A stretch of DNA of 64,000 bases from NCBI GenBank assembly GCA_965235115.1, contig OZ249438.1, positions 27,838,001-27,902,000 on the forward strand, read 5' to 3'. Position numbers and translations under genes: made by a program. Below are positions 63,128-64,000 of this stretch, one piece after another; the first letter of the stretch is position 1; every line of letters begins with the position of its first letter. Under the pieces are notes generated by a model. That model was not told the origin of the DNA, made no database searches, and saw nothing but the letters and a program-made list of their open reading frames with translations. Source of the DNA: Laetmonice hystrix. Its lineage: Eukaryota.

Positions 63128-64000
63128 TCACCACTCAGTCTCACCTGAGAAAATTATCCTTTAACCTGGGCAACTTAGGGGCCGATCCAGGGGGCTATGG
63201 GGGCTTCAACCCCCCAACCCCAACCCCACCCCACCCGCCCCAATCCGTATGCTATAGATAGCACATAGATTGATTCTGACACGGGCAATGACTTGCTGAG
63301 GGTGTTGATAGGGTCACCAACCCTGCTGTTGGTGTTGTCAAGGTCTCCCTAAACCTGATTCGGTGGTTGCCATTGGCTACCACGTAATAGGCCTGGTCCA
63401 CTGGCCCGGCCGGCATTACAAAGGAGCCGTATTGTTGCTGACATCTTGAGTCCACGTTTGTGCCATGTGGTTCCAATGTTTGCGCCTGTTACCTGAGTAG
63501 TAGTATGAACTTTCCCGCATCCCCTGGTCCCTCTCTGTCCACAGGATACTAGAGAATGGTGGATCCTAACCTTGACCTTCACCAAACCCCAGGTGAGCAC
63601 ATTGTGAGGTTTGTACAGGTGGAGATGATCACTTTAAGTCGGTGCTGGTTCCACACTGGCAGTTTGTCTCCTGCTGGAAACATCACCAGATCGGCTCCAC
63701 TGTCTGGGTATGGGGGAGGGGGCTGGGGGGTTGGGGGCTGGGGGGAGAGGAGGACAGTTTTATTTCCCGATGTTACAAACTCTACAAACTCACATGAGCT
63801 TGGCTTACGTTACAAAGTGTTATGGCTTCATTTCAACTCTTTCATTTGGAAAAAACCGGAGACCATAGATTAAATAATGCTCACGGGTGTATGGATCCAG
63901 AGAAAAAGCGGACAACCAATGAAGGAACCCCTCAACCCTAACTCGACCCGGCATCCAACCCCCTCTCTCTCTCTCTCTGACCTCTGTCAGGACACAGTCC

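Noticed and set aside
62516-63164. His-rich ORFs (SDPVISHHIHHG)n
   Set aside because: Translation of the 36-bp minisatellite; interrupted by truncated units; no gene context

Overview
Intron-rich eukaryotic (animal) genomic DNA. The organism cannot be named from sequence alone; a marine invertebrate is only an impression. Almost the whole window is the 5' part of one giant minus-strand gene, a nesprin-1 (SYNE1)/MSP-300 family member. I reconstructed 44 frame-compatible GT-AG core exons by hand, about 3,200 aa. They run from a candidate first coding exon at 59310-59517 through two calponin-homology (CH) domains (57.2-39.5 kb) into a long spectrin-repeat rod that exits the window at base 1. The KASH end lies outside the window. 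An intronless, antisense calaxin (EFCAB1/CLXN) gene is nested in the 11.4-kb intron that splits CH2. The large 5' introns also hold several candidate alternative exons: a 410-aa alternative N-terminus that would delete CH1 yet shares an ADCP-LAAGxQ motif with the canonical first exon, a 514-aa disordered cassette, an acidic repeat exon and microexons. They also contain about 10 minisatellites, two MITEs, and RFX X-box, CTCF-like and E-box motifs. All exon calls were made by eye and none has transcript support.
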